This document shows positions 8,301 through 16,461 of a DNA stretch of 64,000 bases, in pieces. A program made the position numbers and the translations under genes. The notes beneath the pieces were generated by a model. It saw only the letters and a program-made list of their open reading frames with translations. It was not told the DNA's origin and ran no database searches. Position 1 is the stretch's first letter. Each line of letters starts with the position of its first letter. The stretch is from Clostridia bacterium (lineage in GTDB: Bacteria > Bacillota > Clostridia > Oscillospirales > CAG-272). The DNA is taken from NCBI GenBank assembly GCA_017503285.1, contig JAFVTH010000022.1, positions 4,749 through 68,748 of the forward strand, in the 5' to 3' direction.

Positions 8301-8327
8301 AAAAAAAGCGACACGGGGGTCGCTTTT
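8301..8327 (-). terminator. Terminator of asnA
   Basis: GCGAC-CCCCGT-GTCGC hairpin with a T-run on the minus strand, directly after the asnA stop (8328..8330). Confidence 0.7.
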
Positions 8328-9335
8328 TTATAGTAGAACTATGTTGTTTTCCTTGCACACCTTATATGTTTCCTCGTCCCAAATGGAAACCTGCACCTCG
8401 CCAATATGCGCCTTGCCGAGAAGAAGCATGGAAAGACGAGATTGACCGATACCGCCACCCATTGTAAGCGGAAGCTCGCCATTTAAGAGCATTTTGTGGA
8501 ATGGAAGGCTTCTCCTTTCATCCTTGCCGGATGCGCTAAGCTGGTAGTCAAGTGATTTTTCATCAACTCTAATACCCATTGAGGAAATTTCAAAGGCGTG
8601 GCCGAGCAGCTCATTATAGAAAAGAATGTCGCCGTTTAGCTCCCAGTCATCATAGTCGGGGGCACGGTTGTCATGAGGCATACCGGACTTAAGCTTGCCA
8701 CCGATTTTCATAATGAAGGCTGTGCCAACCTCCTTTAGGTAAAGGTCCTCCCTTTCCTTAGAGGTTTTGCCGGGGTACATATCCTCAAGCTCCTGTGAGG
8801 TGATAAATGAAACCTCACGATTGAGATTTACATTAATTTGTGGGTAGGAGCATTTTAGAACATCAAGTGTTTCGCAAATTGCGCCAACGATGCATTTTAC
8901 CACCGTTTTCATATATTCTATGGTGCGTGTTTCGGTTGTTATAATCTTTTCCCAGTCCCATTGGTCGGTGTAGATGGAGTGGATATTATCCATTTCCTCA
9001 TCACGGCGAATAGCGTTCATATCTGTATAGATGCCCTCGCCTGCTGAAAAGCCGTATTCCTTAAGTGCCATACGCTTCCATTTCGCAAGAGAGTGAACGA
9101 TAACCGCGCTTTTACCGGTTTCCTTAATTTCAAAGTCAACTGCACGCTCAACACCGCTCAAATCGTCGTTAATACCCATATTTGGGTCAACGAACAATGG
9201 CGCAGATACACGCCTTAGGTTGAGGGCAAGGCAAAGCTTATCCTCGAAGGTCCTTTTAAGAGTGCCGATGGCTCTTTGTGTTTCATACATTGTAAGGGCA
9301 GATTTGTAGCCCTTGGGAATAATAATCTTGCTCAT
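8328..9335 (-). CDS. asnA: Aspartate-ammonia ligase (asparagine synthetase A)
   Basis: 335 aa from ATG 9335 (MSKIIIPKGYKS). Collinear with E. coli AsnA, including HSLAKWKR, DQWDWEK, APDYDDW, GGGIGQSRL and HIGEVQ. Confidence 0.9.
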   Translation of the reverse strand: MSKIIIPKGYKSALTMYETQRAIGTLKRTFEDKLCLALNLRRVSAPLFVDPNMGINDDLSGVERAVDFEIKETGKSAVIVHSLAKWKRMALKEYGFSAGEGIYTDMNAIRRDEEMDNIHSIYTDQWDWEKIITTETRTIEYMKTVVKCIVGAICETLDVLKCSYPQINVNLNREVSFITSQELEDMYPGKTSKEREDLYLKEVGTAFIMKIGGKLKSGMPHDNRAPDYDDWELNGDILFYNELLGHAFEISSMGIRVDEKSLDYQLSASGKDERRSLPFHKMLLNGELPLTMGGGIGQSRLSMLLLGKAHIGEVQVSIWDEETYKVCKENNIVLL

Positions 9336-9431
9336 AATATGTCCTTTATGCCTTACGGGAGTGAAACGAATCAGTTTTGGAACGGACAAAAAACCCGTCT
9401 TTGGCGTTAAAATTTTTTGAAATATTTTTAT

Positions 9432-9456
9432 AAAAGGGGCTTTGAAGCCCCCTTTG
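9432..9456 (-). terminator. Terminator of asnS
   Basis: GGGGC/GCCCC hairpin followed by TTTT on the minus strand, about 10 nt after the asnS stop. Confidence 0.6.
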
Positions 9457-9465
9457 TTTCTTGAA

Positions 9466-10842
9466 TTAGAGGCTACCTACTGTTCTTGGGAACAAAAGTG
9501 TATCTCTTATGTTTTGTACGCCTGTTAGATACATCATGGCTCTGTCAAAGCCAAGACCGAAACCACTATGTGGAACGCTGCCAAACTTTCTTGTATCAAG
9601 GTATTCCTTGTACATTTCAAGCGGCATGCCACGCTGTAGCATTGCACTTTCAAGCTTCTTGTAGTCCCATTCTCTTTCACTGCAGCCGATGATTTCGCGA
9701 ATGCCAGGAACTAAAAGGTCAGTTGCGGCAACGGTTTTTCCGTCGTCATTTTGCTTCATATAGAACGCCTTAATATCCTTTGGATAATCAACAACGAATA
9801 CAGGCTTCTTAAAGTATTCATCAGTTAGGTACTTCTCGTGCTCTGTCTGAAGGTCACAGCCCCACTCAACAGGATACTTAAAGTCCTTGCCACTCTTTTT
9901 GAGAACCTCAACAGCCTCGGTATAGGTAATTCTACCAAAGTCGCTATTTACAACGTTATTTAGCTTGTCAATAAGACCGGGCTCAACCCATTGATTAAAG
10001 AACTGAAGCTCCTCCGAGCAAACGTCCATAACATAGCGGATGATGTACTTAATAAAGTCCTCGGCGATTTCGATAATATCATCAATTTCAGCAAAGCAAA
10101 CCTCAGGCTCAATCTGCCAGAACTCTGCTGCGTGACGAGTTGTATTACTATGCTCTGCGCGGAAGGTTGGACCAAAGGTGTAAATCCTACCAAGACCCAT
10201 AGCAGCCATTTCGCCCTCTAGCTGAGCAGAAACGGTAAGACCTGCCTTTTGACCGAAGAAGTCGTTTTGATAATACTCCTCCTCGCTCTTAAAATCGGTT
10301 GTCCAAGGCTGAGTTGTTACACGGAACATCTCGCCTGCGCCCTCACAGTCACTACCTGTGATGATTGGTGCGTGAACATATTTATAATCGTTTTCGTTAA
10401 AGTACTTGTGTACAGCAAAGGAAAGCTGGTTACGAACTGCAAAAACAGCCTCGAAGTATCTTGCCCTTGGACGAAGATGTGGGATTGTACGAAGGAACTC
10501 AAGAGTATGTCTCTTCTTCTGGAGAGGATAATCCTGTGGACACTCGCCCAAAACCTTAATATCAGTAACGGTGATTTCATATCCGTTCTTTTCAGATACG
10601 ATAAACTTGCCCTCAACACGGAGTGAGGCACCAACCACCATTGCATTTTTCATATCATCAAGCTGGAGATTTTCCTTTTCCAAAATGAGCTGAATATTCT
10701 TAAGGCAGGTGCCATCATTAAGCTCAATAAAGGAAATAGTTTTAGAATCTCTTGCTGTTCTAACCCAACCACAAATAACTACGCTTTGGTCAATATAATC
10801 CTGTGGGTTTTGGAAAAGCTTTTTTATGTCTGTATGCTTCAT
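9466..10842 (-). CDS. asnS: Asparaginyl-tRNA synthetase (class IIb)
   Basis: 458 aa from ATG 10842 (MKHTDIKKLF). An N-terminal OB-fold anticodon-binding region is followed by a class II core (FRAE..TTRHAAEFWQIEPE, GFGLGFDR). ATG 10860 is an alternative start. Confidence 0.9.
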   Translation of the reverse strand: MKHTDIKKLFQNPQDYIDQSVVICGWVRTARDSKTISFIELNDGTCLKNIQLILEKENLQLDDMKNAMVVGASLRVEGKFIVSEKNGYEITVTDIKVLGECPQDYPLQKKRHTLEFLRTIPHLRPRARYFEAVFAVRNQLSFAVHKYFNENDYKYVHAPIITGSDCEGAGEMFRVTTQPWTTDFKSEEEYYQNDFFGQKAGLTVSAQLEGEMAAMGLGRIYTFGPTFRAEHSNTTRHAAEFWQIEPEVCFAEIDDIIEIAEDFIKYIIRYVMDVCSEELQFFNQWVEPGLIDKLNNVVNSDFGRITYTEAVEVLKKSGKDFKYPVEWGCDLQTEHEKYLTDEYFKKPVFVVDYPKDIKAFYMKQNDDGKTVAATDLLVPGIREIIGCSEREWDYKKLESAMLQRGMPLEMYKEYLDTRKFGSVPHSGFGLGFDRAMMYLTGVQNIRDTLLFPRTVGSL

Positions 10843-10883
10843 TTTGAACATAGCCCCCATAAATATTTATAATTAATATGATT

Positions 10884-10912
10884 ATTATACAACTTTTATA
10901 TTTACAAGTCAA
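10884..10912 (-). promoter_or_regulatory. SigmaA-type promoter of asnS, inside the element
   Basis: Minus strand TTGACT-17 nt-TATAAT. It sits between the right junction and asnS. Confidence 0.65.
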
Positions 10913-10934
10913 CAACTTTTTTTATTTTTTGCAT

Positions 10935-10960
10935 AAGCTTGCATTTGTAGCTATGCACCA
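10935..10960. repeat. Element-side recombination arm (right junction), the inverted partner of 1875..1900
   Basis: aagcttgcatttgtagctatgcacca. Its reverse complement, tggtgcatagctacaaatgcaagctt, matches 1875..1900 at 20 of 26 positions. It ends immediately before the TC at 10961..10962. Confidence 0.7.
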
Positions 10961-11367
10961 TCTGCTGCTAAGTCCTCGTTTAAGTCTGTTATAACATCGC
11001 CCTTGGACTGGAATTGAGCTGCGCTGTATGGGAAGCCACTGGCTGCAACCGGGTATATGCCTGTTGTGTGGTCTACAAAGTAGGTGTCAAAGCCACTCTT
11101 TACTATTTCGTCAGGGGTTAGGTTTCTTGTAAGCTGATAGAGGATTGCGGATATCATCTCAAAGTGCGCAAGCTCCTCCGTGCCAACATCCGTTAGGATT
11201 CCAACCACCTTGGAGTATGGCATTGCTATTCTTTGAGTAAGGTAGCGAAGCGATGCTCCGATTTCTCCATCAGGTCCACCTAATTGGCTGACTATAATTT
11301 GAGCATATTTTGGGTTTGGATTTTTAATGTTTACAGGGTATTGAAGCTTTTTCTCGTATTGCCACAT
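10961..11367 (-). CDS. cotJC: cotJC 5' segment (N-terminal 135 codons plus the first 2 nt of the split Glu codon); as integrated, the frame runs 3 codons into element DNA to a TAG at 10951
   Basis: MWQYEKKLQYPVNIKNPNPKYAQIIVSQLGGPDGEIGASLRYLTQR...LTDVGTEELAHFEMI...SKGDVITDLNEDLAA is collinear with B. subtilis CotJC MWVYEKKLQYPVKV...LTDIGTEEFAHLEMI...AKGDPIADLYEDIAA. RBS GGAGG. Confidence 0.9.
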
Positions 11368-11370
11368 ATA

Positions 11371-11637
11371 TTATTTCCTCCCCTCGTCGTTTTGCCATGG
11401 CCATGGTCCCTCTGTCCATTGCCAGCTTGTTGCATCCTCCGGCATTGTAATAGGTCCATATTTTTGCTCATATTCTGCCCTTGCCCTTGCCTCAAGCTTT
11501 TTGTACTTGTTGTAAAAGTCCAAGGCAGCCTTGGAGTCCGGGTAGGCATCAAGATACAAAAGCGCCTCGTATACAGCAAAGGAATAGCTTTGAAGCTCTC
11601 TTAGGCATCTTTGTCTGGTTCTGTCATTTTTCATCAT
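11371..11637 (-). CDS. cotJB: Spore coat protein CotJB
   Basis: 88 aa with LQSYSFAVYEALLYLDAYPDSKAAL and the C-terminal WQWTEGPWPWQ signature. Strong RBS GGGGAGGGG. Confidence 0.85.
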   Translation of the reverse strand: MMKNDRTRQRCLRELQSYSFAVYEALLYLDAYPDSKAALDFYNKYKKLEARARAEYEQKYGPITMPEDATSWQWTEGPWPWQNDEGRK

Positions 11638-11928
11638 TTACAGACACCCCTCCCCACCATTTTGTCTTTTGTTGCCACAGCCACTGCGCATAAAGGGCTT
11701 GTGAAGCTGGGAAAAGATTGTGCCATTGACTAATGCAATTTCAGGGTCGTAAAGACTACAAAAATCCTGTCTTACAGGGTAAACCATAGCAAGATGGGGC
11801 GACCCTGTGTTTGAATTTGTATGATTTTCGCACTTTGACTCTGCTTTAGCAATAAATGCAGAAAAGGCATTAAAATCTGCTTCTCTTTGTCTTCTTGACA
11901 TAGAATCAAGTCTCATATTGTTCTCCAT
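11638..11928 (-). CDS. cotJA: Spore coat-associated protein CotJA
   Basis: LAMVYPVRQDFCSLYDPEIALVNGTIFSQLHKPF matches the CotJA signature. The start is ATG 11928, or more likely ATG 11916 (GGAG 6 nt upstream). The 176-aa form in the track, reaching 12168, crosses the divergent promoter region and is rejected. Confidence 0.8.
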   Translation of the reverse strand: MENNMRLDSMSRRQREADFNAFSAFIAKAESKCENHTNSNTGSPHLAMVYPVRQDFCSLYDPEIALVNGTIFSQLHKPFMRSGCGNKRQNGGEGCL

Positions 11929-11952
11929 TCTGAGCCTTTTCGGCTCTTTAAT

Positions 11953-11979
11953 AGCATATGACAAAATAAGACAATATTC
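11953..11979 (-). promoter_or_regulatory. Candidate sigmaE-type (mother-cell) promoter of cotJABC
   Basis: Minus strand GAATATT-12 nt-CATATGCT, compared with the B. subtilis sigmaE consensus kmATATT / CATACAmT. cotJ is sigmaE-dependent in B. subtilis. The spacer may be a little short. Confidence 0.35.
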
Positions 11980-12091
11980 TACTTTCTTTTTATTTATACC
12001 GGTAAAATTGTTGTAATTTTTTTCTTTTCTCTTCCTTTTTTTGTTTTTTGGTGCTATAATGACCTTATATATTCTAAAAAGGAGCTTACTT

Positions 12092-13447
12092 ATGAATATA
12101 GTTATTATCGGCCTTGGCACCATTGGCGAAACAGTCCTTAAAAGCCTTTCCGGCGAGGGACACACCATAACAATTATTGACGGAAACGAAAATAAGGTTG
12201 AGTCCCTAATTGAAAAGTATGATATTTTCGGCGTGGTTGGTAACGGCGCTTGTATGGATATTCAAAGGGAGGCCGGTGTTGAAAACGCTGACCTTGCTAT
12301 TGTTCTTACCAACAGTGATGAGCTTAATGTTTTTGCTTGTCTTGTTGCAAAAAGGCTTGGTGTGCAAAACACAATTGCTCGTGTAAGAAACCCAGACTAT
12401 CAGCAGCAAATTATAGATATGAAGGACACCCTTGGCCTTTCTATGATTGTAAATCCTGAGATGGAAACAGCACAGGAAATTTTTAATCTTATAAGCCTAC
12501 CCTCCATTGAGCAGGTTGAGCGTTTTGCTAAGGGCAAGGCACTTTTGGTTGAAATTTATCTTGAAAAGGGCTGCTCTCTTATCGGCGAAAGCCTTATTAC
12601 CATGTCAAAAAAGGTAAATACAAGGGTGCTTATCTGTGCTGTACAGCGCGGTGACCAGGTTGTTATACCTTCCGGTAACTTTGTGTTTGAAGAGGGTGAC
12701 TGCGTACACTTTACCTCTGATGCAAGCTCTCTTGACGACTTTTTAAGAGAGGTTAACATTGTTAGCTCCCCTCTTAAGAGAATTATGATTATTGGTGGTG
12801 GCAGAATCGGCTTTTATCTTGCCGAAATGCTTTCCTCTAAAAAATACGAAATCAAGCTTATGGCAAGCAATCTTGAGGAGGCTGAGGAGCTGGCGGAAAC
12901 TCTGCCTAAGGTTACTGTTATCCATGGTAATGGCACTCAGCACGACTTATTGATTGAAGAGGGCATTGAGGCTATGGACGCCTTTGTTGCTCTTACAAAA
13001 ATCGATGAGGAGAATATGATTGCCTCAATGTTTGCAAATAAGATGAAGGTAAAAAAGACTATCTCTCAAATTAAGAACGATAGCCTTTACGATATGCTTA
13101 GCGAGCTTGATATCGACAACAACGTTTCTCCTAAGAACATTGTTGCAAACAAAATTATAAGCTATGTGCGCGCCCTTGCAAACAAGCGTGGCAGTAACAT
13201 ACTTACACTTTATCGTCTTGTTAACAACCGGGTTGAGGCCCTTGAATTTCTTGCTAAAAAAGAGGAGAAGTTCTTTAACAAGCCTCTTAGAACTATTAAA
13301 ACAAAGGATAACTGCCTTGTTGCCTGCATTATCAGAGATGGCAAGGTTATTATCCCTGACGGTAATTCTTCAATTCAGCTTGGAGATAATGTTATCGTCG
13401 TTACCACACACAAAAGCTTTGATGACTTAAATGATATTCTTGATTAA
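12092..13447 (+). CDS. trkA: Trk system K+ uptake protein TrkA (double RCK)
   Basis: 451 aa from ATG 12092 (AAGGAG RBS). Two NAD-binding motifs, IIGLGTIG and IIGGGRIG, each followed by an RCK_C region. Confidence 0.85.
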   Translation: MNIVIIGLGTIGETVLKSLSGEGHTITIIDGNENKVESLIEKYDIFGVVGNGACMDIQREAGVENADLAIVLTNSDELNVFACLVAKRLGVQNTIARVRNPDYQQQIIDMKDTLGLSMIVNPEMETAQEIFNLISLPSIEQVERFAKGKALLVEIYLEKGCSLIGESLITMSKKVNTRVLICAVQRGDQVVIPSGNFVFEEGDCVHFTSDASSLDDFLREVNIVSSPLKRIMIIGGGRIGFYLAEMLSSKKYEIKLMASNLEEAEELAETLPKVTVIHGNGTQHDLLIEEGIEAMDAFVALTKIDEENMIASMFANKMKVKKTISQIKNDSLYDMLSELDIDNNVSPKNIVANKIISYVRALANKRGSNILTLYRLVNNRVEALEFLAKKEEKFFNKPLRTIKTKDNCLVACIIRDGKVIIPDGNSSIQLGDNVIVVTTHKSFDDLNDILD

Positions 13448-13458
13448 GGTGGCTATTT

Positions 13459-14988
13459 ATGAATTATAAGGCACTGGGCAGAATACTTGGAAAAATCATG
13501 ATACTTGAGGGTGGGCTTATGCTTGCGCCACTTATAGTAGGCTTGATTTACAAAGAGCCGATTATGAACATCGTCGGCTTTATTATTCCTATTGTTGCCC
13601 TTGTTGGTATTGGATTTCTTTTGCAAATCCCCAAGCCAAAAAGGACCTCTCTTTACCAAAAGGAGGGCTTTGCACTTGTTGCTATGGTTTGGATTGTTAT
13701 GGCGCTGTTTGGCGCGCTCCCCTTTGTTATAAGCAACGATATTGAGGGCTTTACCTATGTTGATGCTTGCTTTGAGATAATGTCCGGCTTTACAACGACC
13801 GGTGCCAGTGTTATTGCTGACATTACACAGGTTTCCCACTCTCTTCTCTTTTGGCGTAGCTTCTCCCACTGGATTGGCGGTATGGGTATACTTGTTTTTG
13901 TGCTTATTTTCATTCCGGAAAGCAACGACGGCTCATCCATGCACCTTTTGAGGGCAGAAAGCCCGGGACCTCAGGTTGGTAAGATTGCTTCTAAAATGAA
14001 GGTTACTGCACGAATACTTTATCTCATTTATTTGTGTCTTACTGTTCTTGAGGTTATTGTCCTTGTTTGCGGTCCGTTAATTGACTATGAAATGGCAGCC
14101 GCTGCCGGTCATATTGTTAGCGAAAACGACAAGTTCTTCCATGCCCTTCTTACCGCCTTCGGCTCTGCCGGAACAGGTGGATTTGGTTTCATTCCAAACA
14201 GCATGGAATATTTTACGCCTTTTGCACAATATACCATTTCAATTTTCCTGCTTATTTTTGGATGCAACTTTGCTCTCTACTATTTGATTTTGCTCGGAAA
14301 AATCAAGGAGGTTTTCAAAAGCGAGGAGTTTAGATGCTATCTAATTGTCATTGTTACTGCTGTAGCTATAGTATTTATCAGCCTTATGACGCAGTATCAG
14401 CAGTATGGAGCCGCGGAAGCATTTAGGCACACCCTTTTCCAGGTTTCGTCTATTATGACCACAACCGGCTATACAACCGCTAACTTTGATTTATGGCCTC
14501 AGTTGGCTAAAACCGTGCTTATACTTCTTATGTTTGGCGGCGCTATGGCAGGTTCCACCGCCGGCGGCATTAAGCTTTCAAGAATAGTTATTGCAATGAA
14601 GGGTACTATGGTCAATATAAGAAAGCTAATCAACCCAAGATATGTTCCAAAAACCAAATTTGAAGGCAAGAGCCTTGCAGAGAAAACAACTAATGATGTT
14701 TTTGCCTTTATCACCCTTTATCTTTTCATAATTCTTGGCTCTGTGCTTCTTTTATCCTTTGACCCTGTAAACGCAAACGAGGGTCATGGATTTTTCTCAA
14801 ACTTCTCCGCTTCGCTAGCCTGCATTTCAAATATTGGTCCCGGCTTTGAGGCTGTTGGCCCGTATCTGAGTTATGCGAGCTATAATCCGTTTTCAAAGAT
14901 TATTTTAACCTTTGTAATGCTTATGGGCAGACTTGAAATTCTTCCCGTTTTAATTCTTTTCACTCCAAAAACATGGAAAAAGGTATAA
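13459..14988 (+). CDS. trkH: TrkH-family K+ transporter membrane subunit
   Basis: 509 aa and polytopic, with repeated pore-loop MSGFTTTGAS / TTTGYT / AGSTAGGIK motifs. Confidence 0.85.
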   Translation: MNYKALGRILGKIMILEGGLMLAPLIVGLIYKEPIMNIVGFIIPIVALVGIGFLLQIPKPKRTSLYQKEGFALVAMVWIVMALFGALPFVISNDIEGFTYVDACFEIMSGFTTTGASVIADITQVSHSLLFWRSFSHWIGGMGILVFVLIFIPESNDGSSMHLLRAESPGPQVGKIASKMKVTARILYLIYLCLTVLEVIVLVCGPLIDYEMAAAAGHIVSENDKFFHALLTAFGSAGTGGFGFIPNSMEYFTPFAQYTISIFLLIFGCNFALYYLILLGKIKEVFKSEEFRCYLIVIVTAVAIVFISLMTQYQQYGAAEAFRHTLFQVSSIMTTTGYTTANFDLWPQLAKTVLILLMFGGAMAGSTAGGIKLSRIVIAMKGTMVNIRKLINPRYVPKTKFEGKSLAEKTTNDVFAFITLYLFIILGSVLLLSFDPVNANEGHGFFSNFSASLACISNIGPGFEAVGPYLSYASYNPFSKIILTFVMLMGRLEILPVLILFTPKTWKKV

Positions 14989-14999
14989 AATTTCATAAG

Positions 15000-15027
15000 G
15001 GAACGGCAAAAAGCCGTTCCTTTTTTT
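15000..15027 (+). terminator. Terminator after trkH
   Basis: GGAACGGC-aaaaa-GCCGTTCC plus T7. Confidence 0.8.
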
Positions 15028-15123
15028 GTTTTTTTGTTTACTTTTTTTGATTTTTGTGCTACACTTAACTTGTCTAAATAAACATTGCTTGTTTTTCAAG
15101 CTTACTTATAATAAGGAATTTTA

Positions 15124-16452
15124 ATGAAACGAAAAATCAACATATCTCCGCCTCAGGTTTTGGCGCTTGGCTTTTTTGGCATCATTTTGTTGGGCACCTT
15201 GCTTTTATGCCTTCCCATTTCCTCGGCAGACGGATATACTCATTTTGCGGACGCGCTGTTTACTGCCACAAGCGCAACCTGCGTAACAGGTCTTGTTACT
15301 CTTACCACAGCCACCCATTGGACTCTTTTTGGGAAAATTGTTATTTTGATACTGATTCAAACGGGCGGCCTCGGCTTTATGACCTTTATATCCCTTAGCG
15401 CCTTTATTGCAAAGAAAAAATTAAATCTAAAGGACAGACAGCTTATAATGCAGTCCTCCGGATCTCTTGAGATTAACGAGCTTTCAAGATTTCTTAAAAA
15501 AATCGTTATCGGAACGGTAATCGTTGAGAGTATAGGTGCGATTTTGCTTTCTATTCGTTTTTGGACTTACGGTCATAACTTTATAAACGGTCTTTGGTAT
15601 GGCATATTCCACTCAATTTCTGCCTTTTGTAATGCAGGCTTTGATGTTTTTGGAGATAGCTCCGTTGAGCAATTTTATAACGACCCATACATCCTTCTGG
15701 TGCTTTCGATATTGATTATTGTAGGTGGCATCGGGTTCCTCGTTTGGGACGACATTACCAAGCACGGATTAAGAATAAAGCGATATTCTCTCCACAGCAA
15801 GCTTGCACTGTCAATTACCTGTATGCTTCTTCTTGTCGGCACGCTTGTTCTCTACGGAACCGAGTATAACTATGCCTTTTCAGGTCTTAACCAGTGGCAA
15901 AAATGGTTAAATGCCTTTTTTGAATCCGTTACTCTAAGAACTGCCGGTTTTGCCGCTGTAAATCAAGGCTCCTTAAGCCCTGCGGGTACTATATTTTCTT
16001 GTGCGCTTATGCTAATAGGCGGTTCCCCGGGTTCAACCGCAGGTGGCATTAAAACCGTTACCTTTTTCGTAGTCATAATAAATGCTGTGGCTCTTGCAAA
16101 AAGCAAAAACAGCCTAACTATTTTCAAAAAAAGAATTCACGATTCAGTAATCAAGCAAGCAACGGCTATTATAAGCCTTTATATTGCGCTTGCGATAACA
16201 GTAATTATTGTCCTTCTCATTTTAGAACCGAATATGGCTACCGAGGACATTATTTTCGAAGTATTTTCTGCTATTGCCACGGTTGGCTTAACAAGAGGCA
16301 TTACACCAAGTCTTTGTATCGCCTCAAAAATCATAATTGCCTTTACTATGTATTTTGGTCGTTTAGGTGGTCTTACACTTCTTCTCGCACTAACCAATAC
16401 ACGTCCAAGACCAACAGCAGACAGACCTTACGGAAAAATTTTAATAGGCTAA
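15124..16452 (+). CDS. ktrB: KtrB/TrkG-type K+ transporter membrane subunit
   Basis: 442 aa with selectivity-filter-like TCVTGL, QTGGLGF, FCNAGF and GSPGSTAGGIK motifs. Confidence 0.8.
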   Translation: MKRKINISPPQVLALGFFGIILLGTLLLCLPISSADGYTHFADALFTATSATCVTGLVTLTTATHWTLFGKIVILILIQTGGLGFMTFISLSAFIAKKKLNLKDRQLIMQSSGSLEINELSRFLKKIVIGTVIVESIGAILLSIRFWTYGHNFINGLWYGIFHSISAFCNAGFDVFGDSSVEQFYNDPYILLVLSILIIVGGIGFLVWDDITKHGLRIKRYSLHSKLALSITCMLLLVGTLVLYGTEYNYAFSGLNQWQKWLNAFFESVTLRTAGFAAVNQGSLSPAGTIFSCALMLIGGSPGSTAGGIKTVTFFVVIINAVALAKSKNSLTIFKKRIHDSVIKQATAIISLYIALAITVIIVLLILEPNMATEDIIFEVFSAIATVGLTRGITPSLCIASKIIIAFTMYFGRLGGLTLLLALTNTRPRPTADRPYGKILIG

Positions 16453-16461
16453 GGAGATAAT

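Larger units (their letters stand above)
1875..10962 (-). mobile_element. 9,088-bp cotJC-intervening element (skin-like, large-serine-recombinase type) carrying a STAND NTPase, asnA and asnS
   Basis: Bounded by the two halves of cotJC, with the same TC dinucleotide at each boundary (1873..1874 and 10961..10962) and inverted-repeat arms inside each boundary. The recombinase gene abuts the left boundary. All cargo genes are co-oriented with cotJ. Confidence 0.8.

Noticed and set aside
9336-9465. The 130-nt asnS-asnA spacer as a possible T-box or Asn-responsive leader.
   Set aside because: It contains the asnS terminator and only a weak 4-bp stem afterwards. It has no specifier-loop or T-box consensus and is too short for a T-box.
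11929-12168. The 176-aa form of ORF 11638..12168 (N-terminal 80 residues rich in K/R and hydrophobics).
   Set aside because: The extension runs through the divergent promoter region, the polypurine tract and into the trkA RBS. CotJA homology begins only near residue 81-85, where ATG codons with an RBS exist.
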